DNA of 52,479 nt from Chromera velia (taxonomy: Eukaryota). Where the stretch lies: positions 1 through 52,479 of the forward strand of contig JAHBMJ010000238.1 in the NCBI GenBank assembly GCA_018398765.1. The letters run 5' to 3'. How positions within the stretch are numbered: position 1 is the first letter of the stretch; each line of letters begins with the position of its first letter. The position numbers and the translations under genes are program-made. The notes under the pieces are model-generated. The model searched no databases. It saw nothing but the letters and a program-made list of their open reading frames with translations, and had not been told where the DNA came from. Below, piece by piece: positions 51,552 through 52,479 of the stretch.

Positions 51552-51825
51552 TTCGGGCCCCCTGCCCACGCTGTTTGATTGTTGGTGCTGTTTTTTTGTC
51601 TTTCTTCTTTCTTTCTGTCTTTCTTTTTGTCTGTGGTGTTCACGAAGAAAAAGAGGGAGAAGAAGAAGAAATATATCTGTCTGTCTGTCTGAAGAAAAGG
51701 AGGGAGAAGAAGAAGAAACATATAGTCTGTCTGTCTGTCTGTCTGTCTGGGCAAAGAAGGGCCGCAGGGTACGCTCAAGGTCTGGAGCTCTGGTTCCCCT
51801 CCACTGAGAGAGCACGCCAAAAGAA
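49311..51825. repeat. Mosaic of duplicated modules separated by (TCTG)n and (CA)n microsatellites
   Basis: ~350-bp block at 49311-49658 and 50953-51319. GAAGAAAA..GGGAGAAGAAGAAGAAACATATAGTCTG-type module five times. CCGAAAGAAAGGAAGCG..GATATAGTCTG twice. AAGGGCCGCAGGGTACG..CCAAAAGAA twice (50510-50578, 51757-51825). Confidence 0.85.
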
Positions 51826-52479
51826 GAGGCTACCGCCATCTTTATCTGATGCACTATGATGCATGCATCGCTAGACGCATCGATCCTCTTAATGAACTGT
51901 AATAAGCTGTTGTCAGACCTAGTATCAGACGTATCTTAGCAAATATGGCGTACGTGCTAGCGTACGTGTTTTGGGCTGACAGCTAGGAAGCATCAGTCCT
52001 AGCATCAGTCATTATGGGTCATCATTAGTCCCACCTTATCTCCGCTGGCCAGGCCCGGCCCCAACATACATCATGCTAAATGATTCATTGATTTGTTCCG
52101 CGCTACAAAGAGGAGATCGAAGCCGACGAAGCGGGCGGAATAAAGGGTATACATGCCAGTGGACTTATGCAGATCTTAATAGTACACTGTGCTGTGAGAA
52201 GTAACTACCGGCCTGTTCTGTGCTCCTCCGGACTCAGTAGGTCAGACGAAGCCGAAACGGAAGAATAGAACTAGAATTGGAGTTGAATATATCTTTTAAT
52301 TATTCACTCAGTGTTATTGAAGTCAGTGAAGGTCGGTTCAGATCGCTTCAAGTCAATTCTTCCAGAAGGTAAGTCAACTCGATTTGGGATTCAATTCTGT
52401 TACTCCGAGGTCAAGTTTTTAATCGATTCTTTCTTTTCTTTTTTTTTCAAAGTTGCATTTTATGCTTGTTTCCTGCAAA

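Noticed and set aside
49311..51825. CRISPR-like array
   Set aside because: Units are irregular in length and spacing, there are no unique spacers or cas genes, and the context is eukaryotic.

Overview
Eukaryotic nuclear DNA with GT-AG introns full of microsatellites. The style and a bipartite plastid-targeting leader suggest a chromerid alveolate such as Chromera velia (inference only). Bases 1-17,600 are mostly decayed repeats: four MITEs with verifiable TIRs and TSDs, a large (GAAA)n tract, gene relics, and a 5'-truncated non-LTR retrotransposon flanked by a ~373-bp direct duplication. The middle holds two divergent multi-exon genes: a probably plastid-targeted PPR protein (-) and a membrane-anchored alpha/beta-hydrolase-fold protein with a non-canonical active site (+). 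A ~7.35-kb, apparently near full-length LINE (APE endonuclease, RT, CCHC, (TCAA)n tail) follows. After it come a signal peptide-TPR-JmjC dioxygenase gene ending in HEEL (-), an intronless MAPEG gene (+) and a modular repeat mosaic punctuated by microsatellites. The most striking pattern: both LINEs carry many in-frame stops and G>A hits in conserved motifs but almost no frameshifts, suggesting C>T hypermutation directed at repeats. The large LINE may also be a single giant ORF with a poly-Ser linker. All exon structures were assembled by eye and are provisional.
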